A stretch of 57,434 bases of DNA, the filler included, from Candidatus Zhuqueibacterota bacterium (GTDB lineage: Bacteria > BS750m-G25): the NCBI GenBank assembly GCA_016783505.1. It is 3 parts of 3 records of this genome, joined end to end, with 100 filler letters (N's around TTAATTAATTAA, not from the genome) between each part and the next. Parts side by side here need not be neighbours in the genome. Positions count along the whole stretch, not along the records: positions 38,720 to 57,434 come from JADHWK010000043.1; 2 more parts are not named here. One strand, given 5' to 3'. Both the position numbers and the translations under genes were made by a program. Positions 56,590 to 57,434 of the stretch are shown piece after piece. How positions within the stretch are numbered: the stretch's first letter is position 1; each line of letters starts with the position of its first letter. The notes beneath the pieces were generated by a model. It had not been told where the DNA came from and did no database searches. It was given only the letters and a program-made list of their open reading frames with translations.

Positions 56590-57434
56590 ATGTTTAAACA
56601 AATGTTAACGAAAACTTTGGTGCGTTGTGTAATAGGGATCATTGGAATCTTCCAATATGCCTCTGCACAGGTACCAGATACTTTCACCCGCATCACCGAA
56701 GGCGATGTTGTCAACGACACAAGTGATAGTTATGGTGTTGCTTGGGGTGATTATGATAATGATGGTGATTTAGATTTATATGTTGCAACATATATGGGAC
56801 CTAATAGATTATACCGGAATGATGGTAACGAGATATTTTCTGAAGTGGCAGTTCAACTTGGTGTTAATGGTGGAAATGGTTGGAGTTTAGGGGTTTCATG
56901 GGCAGACTATGATAATGATGGAGATCTGGATTTATTTGTCGGTGAGGCTCAAAATAAATTATTTCGAAATGATGGAAACAGTTTTTCAGATGTTGGAATT
57001 AGTTCGGGATTTACCCATTTGAATGCTACCTATTCTGCTGTCTGGGCGGATTATGATAATGATGGAGATCTGGATCTGTTTACTGCTAATTGGTATGGTG
57101 TTAATCTACTCTACCAAAACGATCAAAATTACTTCACAGATGTTGCTCCATCTGTGGGTATAGTAGAAACAGGTTATAGTCGGGCAGCCGCCTGGGGTGA
57201 TTATGATAATGACGGTGATTTAGACTTGTATGTTTGTCGTGGTGCTAGCTGGGAAAATCAGCCTGATTTGTTGTATCGAAATGATAATGCATATTTTACA
57301 AATGTTGCTGATTCAGTTGGAATAACCGATGTTTTGTATTCTGAGGGTGTTGATTGGGGTGATTATGACAATGATGGTGATTTAGACTTGTTTGTGACAA
57401 CAAGTAACTTACAGCCGAATAAGTTATATCGTAA
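56590..57434 (+). CDS. Secreted FG-GAP/VCBS repeat (CRTAC1/ASPIC-like) protein, 3'-truncated; absent from the ORF track
   Basis: RBS GAGGAG, ATG 56590, signal peptide (..YASAQ), five WGDYDNDGDLDL-type repeats, open to the window end. Confidence 0.9.
   Translation, partial: MFKQMLTKTLVRCVIGIIGIFQYASAQVPDTFTRITEGDVVNDTSDSYGVAWGDYDNDGDLDLYVATYMGPNRLYRNDGNEIFSEVAVQLGVNGGNGWSLGVSWADYDNDGDLDLFVGEAQNKLFRNDGNSFSDVGISSGFTHLNATYSAVWADYDNDGDLDLFTANWYGVNLLYQNDQNYFTDVAPSVGIVETGYSRAAAWGDYDNDGDLDLYVCRGASWENQPDLLYRNDNAYFTNVADSVGITDVLYSEGVDWGDYDNDGDLDLFVTTSNLQPNKLYR

Noticed and set aside
1-57434. tRNA or rRNA genes
   Set aside because: No cloverleaf or rRNA-like conserved sequence recognised

Overview
The window joins three contigs with artificial N/TTAATTAATTAA spacers (19403-19502 and 38620-38719). 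The organism is a diderm bacterium, probably FCB group, inferred from FlgD-type C-terminal sorting domains and a TonB receptor. Contig 1 (1-19402) is a peptidoglycan-scavenging region: DUF1611 (DgcN-like), dipeptide epimerase (DgcA/AEE-like), double-parvulin PPIase, MurK-like kinase, NamZ, MurQ, a NagZ-AmiE fusion and two Na+/solute symporters. It is interrupted by an integrase-less, integron-like cassette cluster (two attC sites, BrnT/BrnA, an AT-rich secreted beta-propeller) and by a RAYT transposase with six REPs. Contig 2 (19503-38619) is an almost entirely minus-strand lipid locus. It runs TetR, MMPL, radical SAM, LolA-like, beta-barrel, phasin-like, UbiB kinase, DAG-kinase family, PlsC, lipid methyltransferase and a ceramide-synthase-like GNAT. 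It continues with a broken TRAP/GT4 junction, a CDP-alcohol phosphatidyltransferase and the start of a serine palmitoyltransferase. Contig 3 (38720-57434) holds rseP, TPR and DUF4292 lipoproteins, a surface-glycan cluster (GT2/GT4/GT-C, a wlbABC-like trio, three gene remnants) and a truncated FG-GAP repeat protein. Intergenic DNA throughout is built from nested, very short palindromic insertions and inverted 7-9-mer tandem arrays. All calls come from motif recognition by eye; no searches were run.
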